A stretch of 64,000 bases of DNA. Origin: Escherichia coli (GTDB lineage: Bacteria > Pseudomonadota > Gammaproteobacteria > Enterobacterales > Enterobacteriaceae). This document shows positions 50,857-61,701 of the stretch, one piece after another. The notes beneath the pieces are model-generated. The model was given only the letters and a program-made list of their open reading frames with translations. It was not told the DNA's origin and searched no databases. Every line of letters begins with the position of its first letter. The first letter of the stretch is position 1. Both the position numbers and the translations under genes were made by a program. The stretch lies in the NCBI RefSeq assembly GCF_003334315.1, contig NZ_QOWR01000001.1; one strand, 5' to 3'.

Positions 50857-51635
50857 CAGTACGCCTTCCCAAGCGCCAGCCCCAGCGCGATGGCAAAGTC
50901 TCCACCTGGCGGCGGTAGCGGCGGCTGACGAACAGAAACGGCCTCCCAGGGATCAAATCCGCCTTCGCCACATATCGCGACGCTTTCGGGATCAACGGAT
51001 AACGCTGCCGCCAGCTCCTTCGCGCTAGTCATCCCCACCGCCAGTTTGCGCCCCCAGCTATAGCGCGTCGCCCACAGCCACTGTTCGTTATCACGCCAGG
51101 CCAGACATTGCTGATGAGAAGGTAAAAAAGGCAGGAATCGCTGTAATGCACTGGCATCCGGGGTGATCGCGCTCACATGAACACGCAACCTTTCTGCCAG
51201 AGTAAGCAGCGTTGCCAGCTCTTTGCTTTGCGCGGCAGTCACGTTATAGGCGGGACTGAGTGAGTCTTCGCTGTAATCGAAGCGCAGGGAGTCCGGATCC
51301 ATATCCAGCTCGCGGGCCATCGTCCCTGACAGCCAGGCCGTTTGCTCCCGCTCACCAAGGGACATCGACGGGCGCGGAAATGACCGCTGTAATGTGCGAC
51401 TGGCGGGAAACGCCAACATAATGTGATGACGCTGCGGCAGTTCGCGACTCCACGGTAACAACGTTTTAGCCAGCTGCTGCGCATCAACAATCCGCCCATC
51501 TTTGATAATGTCGTTCTCCAGCGGCAACCGCCACCAGCGTTGCAAAAAGCATTCTTTTGCGCCCCGCACGATCGCAACCGCTACCGCTTCTTGCTGTTGT
51601 AAATGCAAACCAATTTGCCAGATCTTAAATGCCAT
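50856..51635 (-). CDS. hofM: Pilus/DNA-uptake assembly protein HofM (PilM-like)
   Basis: Track ORF starts at 51662; ATG at 51633-51635 gives 259 aa starting MAFKIWQIGL. Confidence 0.75.
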   Translation of the reverse strand: MAFKIWQIGLHLQQQEAVAVAIVRGAKECFLQRWWRLPLENDIIKDGRIVDAQQLAKTLLPWSRELPQRHHIMLAFPASRTLQRSFPRPSMSLGEREQTAWLSGTMARELDMDPDSLRFDYSEDSLSPAYNVTAAQSKELATLLTLAERLRVHVSAITPDASALQRFLPFLPSHQQCLAWRDNEQWLWATRYSWGRKLAVGMTSAKELAAALSVDPESVAICGEGGFDPWEAVSVRQPPLPPPGGDFAIALGLALGKAY

Positions 51636-51754
51636 TGTGATGATCTCCTTATCACCCGTCACTCTGACGGGTATATCAATGCGTCTGGCTTGCCTTTATA
51701 CTACCGCGCGTTTGTTTATAAACTGCCCAAATGAAACTAAATGGGAAATTTCCA

Positions 51755-54307
51755 GTGAAGTTCGTAAAGTATTTTTTGATCCTTGCAGTCTGTTGCATTC
51801 TGCTGGGAGCAGGCTCGATTTATGGCCTATACCGCTACATCGAGCCACAACTGCCGGATGTGGCGACATTAAAAGATGTTCGCCTGCAAATTCCGATGCA
51901 GATTTACAGCGCCGATGGCGAGCTGATTGCTCAATACGGTGAGAAACGTCGTATTCCGGTTACGTTGGATCAAATCCCACCGGAGATGGTGAAAGCCTTT
52001 ATCGCGACAGAAGACAGCCGCTTCTACGAGCATCACGGCGTTGACCCGGTGGGGATCTTCCGTGCAGCAAGCGTGGCGCTGTTCTCCGGTCACGCGTCAC
52101 AAGGGGCAAGTACCATTACCCAGCAGCTGGCGAGAAACTTCTTCCTCAGTCCAGAACGCACGCTGATGCGTAAGATTAAGGAAGTCTTCCTCGCGATTCG
52201 CATTGAACAGCTGCTGACGAAAGACGAGATCCTCGAGCTTTATCTGAACAAGATTTACCTTGGTTACCGCGCCTATGGTGTCGGTGCTGCGGCACAAGTC
52301 TATTTCGGAAAAACGGTCGACCAACTGACGCTGAACGAAATGGCGGTGATAGCCGGGCTGCCGAAAGCGCCTTCCACCTTCAACCCGCTCTACTCGATGG
52401 ATCGTGCCGTCGCGCGGCGTAACGTCGTGCTGTCGCGGATGCTGGATGAAGGGTATATCACCCAACAACAGTTCGATCAGACACGCACTGAGGCGATTAA
52501 CGCTAACTATCACGCGCCGGAGATTGCTTTCTCTGCGCCGTACCTGAGCGAAATGGTGCGCCAGGAGATGTATAACCGTTATGGCGAAAGTGCCTATGAA
52601 GACGGTTATCGCATTTACACCACCATCACCCGCAAAGTGCAGCAGGCCGCGCAGCAGGCGGTACGTAATAACGTGCTGGACTACGACATGCGCCACGGCT
52701 ATCGCGGCCCGGCAAATGTGCTGTGGAAAGTGGGCGAGTCGGCGTGGGATAACAACAAGATTACCGATACGCTGAAGGCGCTGCCGACCTATGGTCCGCT
52801 GCTGCCTGCCGCAGTCACCAGCGCCAATCCTCAGGAAGCGACGGCAATGCTGGCGGACGGGTCGACTGTCGCATTGAGTATGGACGGCGTTCGCTGGGCG
52901 CGTCCTTACCGTTCGGATACTCAGCAGGGACCGACGCCGCGTAAAGTGACCGATGTTCTGCAAACGGGACAGCAAATCTGGGTTCGTCAGGTCGGCGATG
53001 CATGGTGGCTGGCACAAGTGCCGGAAGTGAACTCGGCGCTGGTGTCGATCAATCCGCAAAATGGTGCCGTTATGGCGCTGGTCGGTGGCTTTGATTTCAA
53101 TCAGAGCAAGTTTAACCGCGCCACCCAGGCACTGCGTCAGGTGGGTTCCAACATCAAACCGTTCCTCTACACCGCGGCGATGGATAAAGGTCTGACGCTG
53201 GCAAGTATGTTGAACGATGTGCCAATTTCCCGCTGGGATGCAGGTGCCGGTTCTGACTGGCAGCCGAAGAACTCGCCGCCACAATATGCCGGTCCAATTC
53301 GCTTACGTCAGGGGCTGGGTCAGTCGAAAAACGTGGTGATGGTACGCGCAATGCGGGCGATGGGCGTCGACTACGCTGCAGAATATCTGCAACGCTTCGG
53401 CTTCCCGGCACAAAACATTGTCCACACCGAATCGCTGGCGCTGGGTTCAGCGTCCTTCACCCCAATGCAGGTGGCGCGCGGCTACGCGGTCATGGCGAAC
53501 GGCGGCTTCCTGGTGGACCCGTGGTTTATCAGCAAAATTGAAAACGATCAGGGCGGCGTGATTTTCGAAGCGAAACCGAAAGTAGCCTGCCCGGAATGCG
53601 ATATTCCGGTGATTTACGGTGATACGCAGAAATCGAACGTGCTGGAAAATAACGATGTTGAAGATGTCGCTATCTCCCGCGAGCAGCAGAATGTTTCTGT
53701 ACCAATGCCGCAGCTGGAGCAGGCAAATCAGGCGTTAGTGGCGAAGACTGGCGCGCAGGAGTACGCACCGCACGTCATCAACACTCCGCTGGCATTCCTG
53801 ATTAAGAGTGCTTTGAACACCAATATCTTTGGTGAGCCAGGCTGGCAGGGTACTGGCTGGCGTGCAGGTCGTGATTTGCAGCGTCGCGATATCGGCGGGA
53901 AAACCGGGACCACTAACAGTTCGAAAGATGCGTGGTTCTCGGGTTACGGTCCGGGCGTTGTGACCTCGGTCTGGATTGGCTTTGATGATCACCGTCGTAA
54001 TCTCGGTCATACAACGGCTTCCGGAGCGATTAAAGATCAGATCTCAGGTTACGAAGGCGGTGCCAAGAGTGCCCAGCCTGCATGGGACGCTTATATGAAA
54101 GCCGTTCTTGAAGGTGTGCCGGAGCAGCCGCTGACGCCGCCACCGGGTATTGTGACGGTGAATATCGATCGCAGCACCGGGCAGTTAGCTAATGGTGGCA
54201 ACAGCCGCGAAGAGTATTTCATCGAAGGTACGCAGCCGACACAACAGGCAGTGCACGAGGTGGGAACGACCATTATCGATAATGGCGAGGCACAGGAATT
54301 GTTCTGA
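51755..54307 (+). CDS. mrcA: Penicillin-binding protein 1A (glycosyltransferase + transpeptidase)
   Basis: GTG at 51755 gives 850 aa; an in-frame ATG at 51731 gives 858 aa. SxxK transpeptidase motif (SNIK) present. Confidence 0.9.
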   Translation: MKFVKYFLILAVCCILLGAGSIYGLYRYIEPQLPDVATLKDVRLQIPMQIYSADGELIAQYGEKRRIPVTLDQIPPEMVKAFIATEDSRFYEHHGVDPVGIFRAASVALFSGHASQGASTITQQLARNFFLSPERTLMRKIKEVFLAIRIEQLLTKDEILELYLNKIYLGYRAYGVGAAAQVYFGKTVDQLTLNEMAVIAGLPKAPSTFNPLYSMDRAVARRNVVLSRMLDEGYITQQQFDQTRTEAINANYHAPEIAFSAPYLSEMVRQEMYNRYGESAYEDGYRIYTTITRKVQQAAQQAVRNNVLDYDMRHGYRGPANVLWKVGESAWDNNKITDTLKALPTYGPLLPAAVTSANPQEATAMLADGSTVALSMDGVRWARPYRSDTQQGPTPRKVTDVLQTGQQIWVRQVGDAWWLAQVPEVNSALVSINPQNGAVMALVGGFDFNQSKFNRATQALRQVGSNIKPFLYTAAMDKGLTLASMLNDVPISRWDAGAGSDWQPKNSPPQYAGPIRLRQGLGQSKNVVMVRAMRAMGVDYAAEYLQRFGFPAQNIVHTESLALGSASFTPMQVARGYAVMANGGFLVDPWFISKIENDQGGVIFEAKPKVACPECDIPVIYGDTQKSNVLENNDVEDVAISREQQNVSVPMPQLEQANQALVAKTGAQEYAPHVINTPLAFLIKSALNTNIFGEPGWQGTGWRAGRDLQRRDIGGKTGTTNSSKDAWFSGYGPGVVTSVWIGFDDHRRNLGHTTASGAIKDQISGYEGGAKSAQPAWDAYMKAVLEGVPEQPLTPPPGIVTVNIDRSTGQLANGGNSREEYFIEGTQPTQQAVHEVGTTIIDNGEAQELF

Positions 54308-54314
54308 TTAAAAA

Positions 54315-54337
54315 GGCGCTTCGGCGCCTTTTCAGTT
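54315..54337 (+). terminator. mrcA terminator
   Basis: GGCGC-TTCG-GCGCC hairpin flanked by AAAA and TTTTCAGTTT. Confidence 0.7.
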
Positions 54338-54361
54338 TGCTGACAAAGTGCACTTGTTTAT

Positions 54362-54392
54362 GCCGGATACGGCGTGAACGCGTTATCCGGCT
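54362..54392. repeat. REP element
   Basis: GCCGGATACGGCGTGAACGCGTTATCCGGCT between convergent mrcA and nudE. Confidence 0.7.
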
Positions 54393-54472
54393 AACAAAAT
54401 CGTGAAAACTCAATAAATTGCAGAAACCCCATAAGCCTGATAAACATTGTGCATCAGGCAAACTTCACGCAT

Positions 54473-55033
54473 TTACACTCGCCCCTGCCCTTTCAACCAT
54501 TCGCGCACGAGGAACAGCGCACTGACATTGCGCGCTTCATTGAAGTCAGGGTCTTCCAGCAAATCCATCATATGCGCCAGCGGCCAGCGCACCTGTGGTA
54601 GCGGCTCTGGCTCATCGCCTTCCAGTGATTCCGGGTAGAGATCTTGCGCTACCACGATATTCATTTTGCTGGAAAAGTAAGACGGTGCCATGCTGAGCTT
54701 CTTCAAAAAAGTCAGATCGTTCGCTCCAAATCCAACCTCTTCTTTTAGCTCGCGGTTAGCGGCTTCGTAGACGCTTTCACCCGGATCAATTAATCCTTTC
54801 GAAAAACCTAATTCGTAGGATTCAGTTCCCACTGCGTATTCGCGGATCAGGATCAGGTGATCGTCCACAATCGGCACAATCATCACTGCTTCCCGGTTGG
54901 TTGGACGCATTCGTTCATAAACACGCCGCACGCCATTGCTGAACTCCAGATCCACGCTCTCGACGGTAAACAGTCGGGAACGGGCTACAGTTTCAACATT
55001 CAGAATGGTGGGTTTTTGTAATGATTTGCTCAT
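54473..55033 (-). CDS. nudE: Nudix hydrolase (ADP-sugar diphosphatase)
   Basis: 186-aa ORF with Nudix box (GLIDPGESVYEAANRELKEEVGF). Confidence 0.85.
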   Translation of the reverse strand: MSKSLQKPTILNVETVARSRLFTVESVDLEFSNGVRRVYERMRPTNREAVMIVPIVDDHLILIREYAVGTESYELGFSKGLIDPGESVYEAANRELKEEVGFGANDLTFLKKLSMAPSYFSSKMNIVVAQDLYPESLEGDEPEPLPQVRWPLAHMMDLLEDPDFNEARNVSALFLVREWLKGQGRV

Positions 55034-55352
55034 CGTGGGATCTATGCTGTGAAATCAGCGGTTATTGTGCGATATCGGACACGCTTTCGGCAATGTGAAT
55101 TGCATGTTATTTACATTTATGTAACTTAATAAATAATCGTCCTCAAATCAAATTAAAAGTCAATAGGTTGAAATAACTCCAGGAATTTGCTGATATTCCG
55201 CCTTCAGAGGGTTTGCTATGATCAGCGGTTACTGTGATGTGCTTAATGATGCTCAAGTTAAACTCCACGCTTGCCGATAGCCAACCGCAGAATCATGTAT
55301 TGTGTCCGGTGCGACTGACCACGCCTGACAGACTAAGTAAGATGGGGAAAGC

Positions 55353-57488
55353 ATGAGCACCATTGTGATTTTTTTAGCTGCTTTGCTGGCCTGCTCACTA
55401 CTTGCGGGATGGCTGATAAAAGTGCGATCCAGACGGCGTCAGCTGCCCTGGACCAACGCCTTCGCGGATGCGCAAACGCGTAAACTCACACCTGAAGAAC
55501 GTAGCGCCGTTGAAAATTATCTTGAGAGCCTGACGCAGGTATTACAGGTGCCTGGCCCAACGGGAGCCAGCGCGGCACCGATCTCTCTGGCGCTGAATGC
55601 CGAAAGCAACAACGTCATGATGCTGACACACGCTATCACGCGTTACGGCATCTCTACCGACGATCCGAATAAATGGCGTTACTACCTCGATTCGGTAGAA
55701 GTCCACCTGCCCCCTTTCTGGGAACAGTACATCAACGATGAGAATACCGTTGAACTGATTCATACCGATTCGCTGCCGCTGGTTATTTCACTCAACGGTC
55801 ATACGCTGCAGGAGTACATGCAGGAAACTCGCAGCTATGCCTTGCAACCTGTTCCGTCAACGCAGGCGTCGATTCGCGGGGAAGAGAGTGAGCAAATCGA
55901 GCTACTCAATATTCGCAAAGAAACGCATGAAGAATATGCGCTGAGTCGTCCGCGCGGGCTGCGTGAAGCGTTGCTGATCGTCGCCTCCTTCCTGATGTTC
56001 TTTTTCTGCCTGATTACCCCGGATGTATTTGTTCCGTGGCTGGCAGGCGGCGCGTTACTGCTGCTGGGCGCAGGTCTGTGGGGGCTATTCGCGCCCCCGG
56101 CAAAATCCTCCCTGCGGGAAATTCATTGTCTGCGCGGTACACCCCGTCGTTGGGGATTGTTTGGCGAAAACGATCAGGAACAGATCAACAATATTTCACT
56201 CGGTATTATCGACCTGGTCTATCCCGCACACTGGCAGCCATACATTGCTCAGGATCTCGGTCAACAAACCGATATCGATATCTATCTCGACCGCCATGTA
56301 GTGCGTCAGGGACGATATCTTTCGCTGCATGATGAAGTAAAAAACTTTCCGTTACAGCACTGGCTGCGCAGTACGATTATCGCTGCGGGCTCGCTGCTGG
56401 TGCTGTTTATGCTGTTATTCTGGATCCCGCTGGATATGCCGCTGAAATTCACTCTCTCATGGATGAAAGGCGCGCAGACCATTGAAGCCACCAGCGTAAA
56501 ACAACTGGCTGACGCTGGCGTGCGGGTAGGCGATACATTGCGTATTAGCGGTACGGGAATGTGTAATATTCGAACTTCCGGAACCTGGAGCGCGAAAACC
56601 AATTCACCTTTTTTACCGTTTGACTGCTCGCAGATCATCTGGAACGACGCCCGCTCATTGCCATTACCAGAATCTGAACTGGTCAACAAAGCGACGGCAT
56701 TGACTGAAGCAGTTAATCGCCAGCTGCACCCTAAACCGGAAGATGAATCTCGCGTCAGTGCCTCATTACGTTCAGCAATTCAAAAATCCGGCATGGTATT
56801 GCTTGATGATTTTGGCGACATTGTACTGAAGACAGCGGATTTATGTTCTGCCAAAGATGACTGTGTGCGACTGAAAAATGCGCTGGTCAATCTCGGCAAC
56901 AGTAAAGACTGGGACGCGCTGGTAAAACGCGCCAACGCCGGGAAGCTCGATGGCGTGAATGTGTTATTACGCCCGGTGAGTGCGGAATCGCTGGATAACC
57001 TGGTGGCAACCTCCACCGCGCCGTTTATCACGCATGAAACGGCGCGAGCGGCACAATCACTAAACAGTCCGGCCCCCGGCGGATTCCTGATTGTCAGCGA
57101 CGAAGGCAGCGATTTTGTTGATCAGCCCTGGCCTTCGGCATCACTTTACGACTACCCGCCGCAAGAACAGTGGAACGCTTTCCAGAAACTGGCACAAATG
57201 CTGATGCATACGCCGTTTAACGCCGAGGGTATCGTCACAAAAATCTTCACTGACGCCAATGGTACGCAGCATATTGGCCTTCATCCGATCCCGGATCGTT
57301 CCGGCCTGTGGCGCTATCTCAGCACCACATTGCTGCTACTGACGATGCTGGGTAGCGCCATTTACAATGGCGTACAGGCCTGGCGTCGTTACCAGCGTCA
57401 TCGCACTCGCATGATGGAGATTCAGGCCTATTATGAAAGCTGCCTGAACCCGCAACTGATCACCCCTTCAGAAAGCCTTATCGAATAA
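55353..57488 (+). CDS. igaA: Inner membrane protein IgaA (Rcs phosphorelay attenuator)
   Basis: 711-aa ORF with several TM segments and large soluble domains. Confidence 0.85.
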   Translation: MSTIVIFLAALLACSLLAGWLIKVRSRRRQLPWTNAFADAQTRKLTPEERSAVENYLESLTQVLQVPGPTGASAAPISLALNAESNNVMMLTHAITRYGISTDDPNKWRYYLDSVEVHLPPFWEQYINDENTVELIHTDSLPLVISLNGHTLQEYMQETRSYALQPVPSTQASIRGEESEQIELLNIRKETHEEYALSRPRGLREALLIVASFLMFFFCLITPDVFVPWLAGGALLLLGAGLWGLFAPPAKSSLREIHCLRGTPRRWGLFGENDQEQINNISLGIIDLVYPAHWQPYIAQDLGQQTDIDIYLDRHVVRQGRYLSLHDEVKNFPLQHWLRSTIIAAGSLLVLFMLLFWIPLDMPLKFTLSWMKGAQTIEATSVKQLADAGVRVGDTLRISGTGMCNIRTSGTWSAKTNSPFLPFDCSQIIWNDARSLPLPESELVNKATALTEAVNRQLHPKPEDESRVSASLRSAIQKSGMVLLDDFGDIVLKTADLCSAKDDCVRLKNALVNLGNSKDWDALVKRANAGKLDGVNVLLRPVSAESLDNLVATSTAPFITHETARAAQSLNSPAPGGFLIVSDEGSDFVDQPWPSASLYDYPPQEQWNAFQKLAQMLMHTPFNAEGIVTKIFTDANGTQHIGLHPIPDRSGLWRYLSTTLLLLTMLGSAIYNGVQAWRRYQRHRTRMMEIQAYYESCLNPQLITPSESLIE

Positions 57489-57552
57489 CACGTTTGCGCG
57501 GCAGGTTATGCTACCCTGTCGCGCAAATTGCTTCACTCTGGAGATTTCCCTC

Positions 57553-58221
57553 ATGCATATCAACATTGCCTGGCAGGACGTAGATACCGTTCTGCTGGAT
57601 ATGGACGGCACGTTGCTCGACCTCGCCTTCGATAACTATTTCTGGCAAAAGCTGGTGCCTGAAACATGGGGCGCGAAAAACGGGGTTACGCCACAGGAAG
57701 CGATGGAATATATGCGCCAGCAATATCACGACGTACAGCATACGCTAAACTGGTACTGTCTTGATTACTGGAGTGAGCAACTGGGTCTGGATATCTGTGC
57801 GATGACCACCGAGATGGGACCGCGTGCCGTACTGCGTGAAGATACCATTCCGTTTCTTGAGGCACTGAAAGCCAGCGGTAAGCAGCGAATTTTGCTCACC
57901 AATGCGCATCCGCACAACCTGGCGGTAAAACTTGAGCATACCGGTCTGGACGCACACCTTGATTTATTACTTTCCACCCACACATTTGGTTATCCGAAAG
58001 AGGATCAGCGGTTATGGCATGCGGTGGCCGAAGCTACGGGTCTGAAAGCTGAAAGAACGCTGTTTATTGATGACAGCGAAGCGATTCTCGATGCTGCCGC
58101 GCAATTTGGTATTCGTTACTGCCTCGGCGTGACTAATCCTGATTCCGGGATTGCCGAGAAACAGTATCAACGCCATCCGTCACTGAATGACTACCGCCGC
58201 CTGATCCCCTCGCTAATGTGA
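57553..58221 (+). CDS. yrfG: HAD-family nucleotidase YrfG
   Basis: Track ORF starts at 57508; ATG at 57553 gives 222 aa with DMDGTL motif near the N-terminus. Confidence 0.8.
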   Translation: MHINIAWQDVDTVLLDMDGTLLDLAFDNYFWQKLVPETWGAKNGVTPQEAMEYMRQQYHDVQHTLNWYCLDYWSEQLGLDICAMTTEMGPRAVLREDTIPFLEALKASGKQRILLTNAHPHNLAVKLEHTGLDAHLDLLLSTHTFGYPKEDQRLWHAVAEATGLKAERTLFIDDSEAILDAAAQFGIRYCLGVTNPDSGIAEKQYQRHPSLNDYRRLIPSLM

Positions 58222-58231
58222 AGGAGACGCC

Positions 58232-58633
58232 ATGAAAGAAAAACCTGCTGTTGAGGTTCGACTGGATAAATGGCTATGGGCTGCCCGTTTTTATAAAACC
58301 CGCGCGCTGGCCCGTGAAATGATTGAAGGCGGTAAGGTGCATTACAACGGGCAGCGCAGCAAGCCGAGCAAAATCGTCGAGCTGAATGCCACGCTCACTC
58401 TGCGCCAGGGAAATGACGAACGCACGGTGATTGTAAAGGCGATTACTGAACAGCGTCGCCCCGCCAGCGAGGCAGCCTTGCTGTATGAAGAGACTGCGGA
58501 AAGTGTAGAGAAACGCGAAAAAATGGCGCTGGCACGTAAACTTAATGCCTTAACCATGCCGCACCCGGACCGACGCCCGGACAAAAAAGAGCGCCGCGAC
58601 CTGTTACGATTTAAACACGGCGACAGTGAATAA
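58232..58633 (+). CDS. hslR: Heat-shock protein Hsp15 (S4-like RNA-binding)
   Basis: 133-aa basic ORF (VRLDKWLWAARFYKTR). Confidence 0.85.
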   Translation: MKEKPAVEVRLDKWLWAARFYKTRALAREMIEGGKVHYNGQRSKPSKIVELNATLTLRQGNDERTVIVKAITEQRRPASEAALLYEETAESVEKREKMALARKLNALTMPHPDRRPDKKERRDLLRFKHGDSE

Positions 58634-58651
58634 CTGTCACCTGCAAGAGAG

Positions 58652-59536
58652 ATGATTATGCCGCAACATGACCAATTACATCGCTATCTGTTTGAAAACT
58701 TTGCCGTGCGCGGCGAACTGGTAACCGTTTCGGAAACCCTGCAACAGATCCTTGAGAACCACGATTATCCGCAGCCCGTTAAAAACGTGCTGGCAGAACT
58801 GCTGGTTGCGACCAGCCTGTTAACCGCTACGCTGAAGTTTGATGGTGATATCACCGTACAGCTGCAGGGCGACGGTCCGATGAATCTGGCGGTTATTAAC
58901 GGTAACAATAACCAGCAGATGCGCGGTGTGGCGCGCGTGCAGGGCGAAATTCCAGAAAATGCCGACCTGAAAACGCTGGTCGGCAATGGTTACGTGGTGA
59001 TCACCATTACCCCGAGCGAAGGCGAACGCTATCAGGGCGTAGTTGGTCTGGAAGGTGATACCCTGGCGGCCTGCCTGGAAGATTACTTTATGCGTTCTGA
59101 ACAGCTGCCGACGCGCCTGTTTATTCGCACCGGCGACGTAGACGGCAAACCGGCTGCAGGCGGTATGTTGTTGCAGGTAATGCCTGCGCAAAATGCCCAG
59201 CAGGACGACTTTGACCACCTGGCGACGCTAACCGAAACCATCAAAACCGAAGAACTGCTGACCTTACCGGCAAACGAAGTGTTGTGGCGTTTGTATCACG
59301 AAGAAGAGGTGACGGTTTACGATCCGCAGGATGTGGAGTTCAAATGCACCTGCTCGCGTGAACGTTGCGCCGATGCGCTGAAAACGCTGCCTGATGAAGA
59401 AGTTGATAGCATCCTGGCGGAAGATGGCGAAATTGACATGCATTGTGATTACTGCGGTAACCACTATCTGTTCAATGCGATGGATATTGCTGAAATCCGC
59501 AACAACGCGTCTCCGGCAGATCCGCAAGTTCATTAA
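58652..59536 (+). CDS. hslO: Redox-regulated chaperone Hsp33
   Basis: 294-aa ORF (start may be 58658, MPQHD...) with C-terminal CxC...CxxC zinc centre (CTCSRERC...CDYC); hairpin terminator follows. Confidence 0.9.
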   Translation: MIMPQHDQLHRYLFENFAVRGELVTVSETLQQILENHDYPQPVKNVLAELLVATSLLTATLKFDGDITVQLQGDGPMNLAVINGNNNQQMRGVARVQGEIPENADLKTLVGNGYVVITITPSEGERYQGVVGLEGDTLAACLEDYFMRSEQLPTRLFIRTGDVDGKPAAGGMLLQVMPAQNAQQDDFDHLATLTETIKTEELLTLPANEVLWRLYHEEEVTVYDPQDVEFKCTCSRERCADALKTLPDEEVDSILAEDGEIDMHCDYCGNHYLFNAMDIAEIRNNASPADPQVH

Positions 59537-59544
59537 TGAGTATG

Positions 59545-59572
59545 TCCGGCAGAGAGGGCTCTGCCGGATTTT
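59545..59572 (+). terminator. hslO terminator
   Basis: TCCGGCAGAG-AGGG-CTCTGCCGGA hairpin followed by TTTT. Confidence 0.7.
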
Positions 59573-59598
59573 ACGACTAATACACCTGATGCGCTTTG

Positions 59599-61323
59599 TC
59601 ACTCATTCAGATTCACATTCAGCCTTTCACCATCCACTACAAGATCGCGCCACGCTTTAGGCTTCGTCCCCAGTTTTCCATCCTTCGCAGCTGTGAGTAA
59701 TTTTTCTTTCGTTATTTCGTTCGGAAGTAAACTCATATCAAGCGCGTCCCATTCTTTTCTGTCTGAGTCAAAGCCATAGACAATGACTCTGTCATCATTA
59801 AAAGCAAACAGGATCCGCTCCGCCTGACCATCACTATTCAGATCTTGCTCGACCAGGACGCAGGCGTCTTTTTCAATACAGGTCATCACGTTATAGCGAT
59901 CCTGGATTAAGGCCGACCAGAATGTCGCATCAGGTTTAACAGAACCAGGGGCAATTAACACATTATCGGCTAATACTTTTTCCGATACCTGTTGCTGAAG
60001 ATGTTGCTCTCCATCTAACGCCATCAGCAGATCCCGCGCGCGTTTCGGGTCTTTCATAAACCCGGCATCGCTTTTCAGCGACTCAAGCGCAGCACGTCCA
60101 TAGCGACCGCTCTGCTCGAGCATGTAGATAGTTACCTGGTCTGACGTGTTTTTGCCGCTCTGATAACGCGCCATATGGCTGTTCACGCTAATGCGCATAC
60201 TGTCCAGCACCGGCGAATTAAGAAGCACCAGTATCACCAACACCAATAACGAAACCGCGAGGTTCACTTTGCCCTGAAGAACAACGGGATTTTGCCCTTT
60301 ACGCCAGACGATGCTGACAAAATACCCCAGCGACCACACCAGTAACACCAGCACCGCCAGCACGCCCTGCAAGCGGTCGACAGTCCAGCCGTACTGAGCG
60401 ACCCGCAGCCATAACGCCCAGGCGGCGACGAACACATACAGCGGAGCAACCAGCAAAGCGGTTTTAATCAGGCAACGCAACGGCCCTGTCCAGGGAAGTG
60501 ACGCTTTTTGCGGATCGCGGACAATAGCCATTAAGATCAATTGCAAAAAGGCCAGCGTCAACAGCAACCCGGCGGCGGAGATGTGGCGAGAAATCGCGCT
60601 CAGGCCCGTAAACGGCAGGGTGATGATAAACATCAGGGTTAGCAATGATACTAACGGCAGCAACCCCGTGGCGATTAACGTGAACAACTTTTGAATAGAG
60701 TCGATTAAACGTGACTGTGTTCGCGCGAGGATCACCGCCAGCGCGGTAACCAGACCTAACGTGAGATAAATAAACCAGTCGGTTGCAAAAAAGAGCGTAT
60801 TGAAAAACGTGATGCCAACAAGTTTAAACAACTCACTCCACAGTAAAAGCACCAGCCACGTCAAGCCATTGGCGAGAAAAATCACCAGTAATATAAGTAC
60901 GTTATGCCATACTGACTGGTAAAAATAGCGATAGCGGCTACTGTCATTGCGGATGCGAAGGCTTTGTTGTATCCACGGTAGCAACAACATTGCCATCAAC
61001 AGCAGATAGCAACCAAAATCCCAAAGCGCCTTTTCAGCTCTCCAGGGGTTCATGCCATCAGTTTGCCACTTCAGCCAGCCGCTCATCCCCAGCGTGGCAA
61101 TAAACACTAGCGCCAGCCATCCCCAAAGGCGCTTCTGTTTAAAAGAGATCACGGAGAAGAGTAAAACGGATGAAAACGCGACGGTCGCAGGCACGCCATA
61201 AACAATCCAACTGTGATTTTTTCCGGAAAGCCAGGCGATCAGCAGGTAGCAAACCAGACCCTGAAGTAATCCGGTAGCAATCATCCCCCAGCGTGTTGCG
61301 GGTGAAAGTTCAACGTTATCCAT
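59599..61323 (-). CDS. yhgE: Polytopic inner membrane protein YhgE
   Basis: 574-aa ORF: many TM segments plus a C-terminal soluble domain. Confidence 0.75.
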
Positions 61324-61701
61324 GTTGGTTATCCAGAATCAAAAGGTGGGTTAATTATCGCATCCGGGCAGTAGTATTTTGCTTTTTTCAGAAAATAATC
61401 AAAAAAAGTTAGCGTGGTGAATCGATACTTTACCGGTTGAATTTGCATCAATTTCATTCAGGAATGCGATTCCACTCACAATATTCCCGCCATATAAACC
61501 AAGATTTAACCTTTTGAGAACATTTTCCACACCTAAAATGCTATTTCTGCGATAATAGCAACCGTTTCGTGACAGGAATCACGGAGTTTTTTGTCAAATA
61601 TGAATTTCTCCAGATACGTAAATCTATGAGCCTTGTCGCGGTTAACACCCCCAAAAAGACTTTACTATTCAGGCAATACATATTGGCTAAGGAGCAGTGA
61701 A

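Noticed and set aside
52097-53284. 395-aa ORF on the minus strand
   Set aside because: Antisense to mrcA; Arg/His-rich composition typical of antisense frames.
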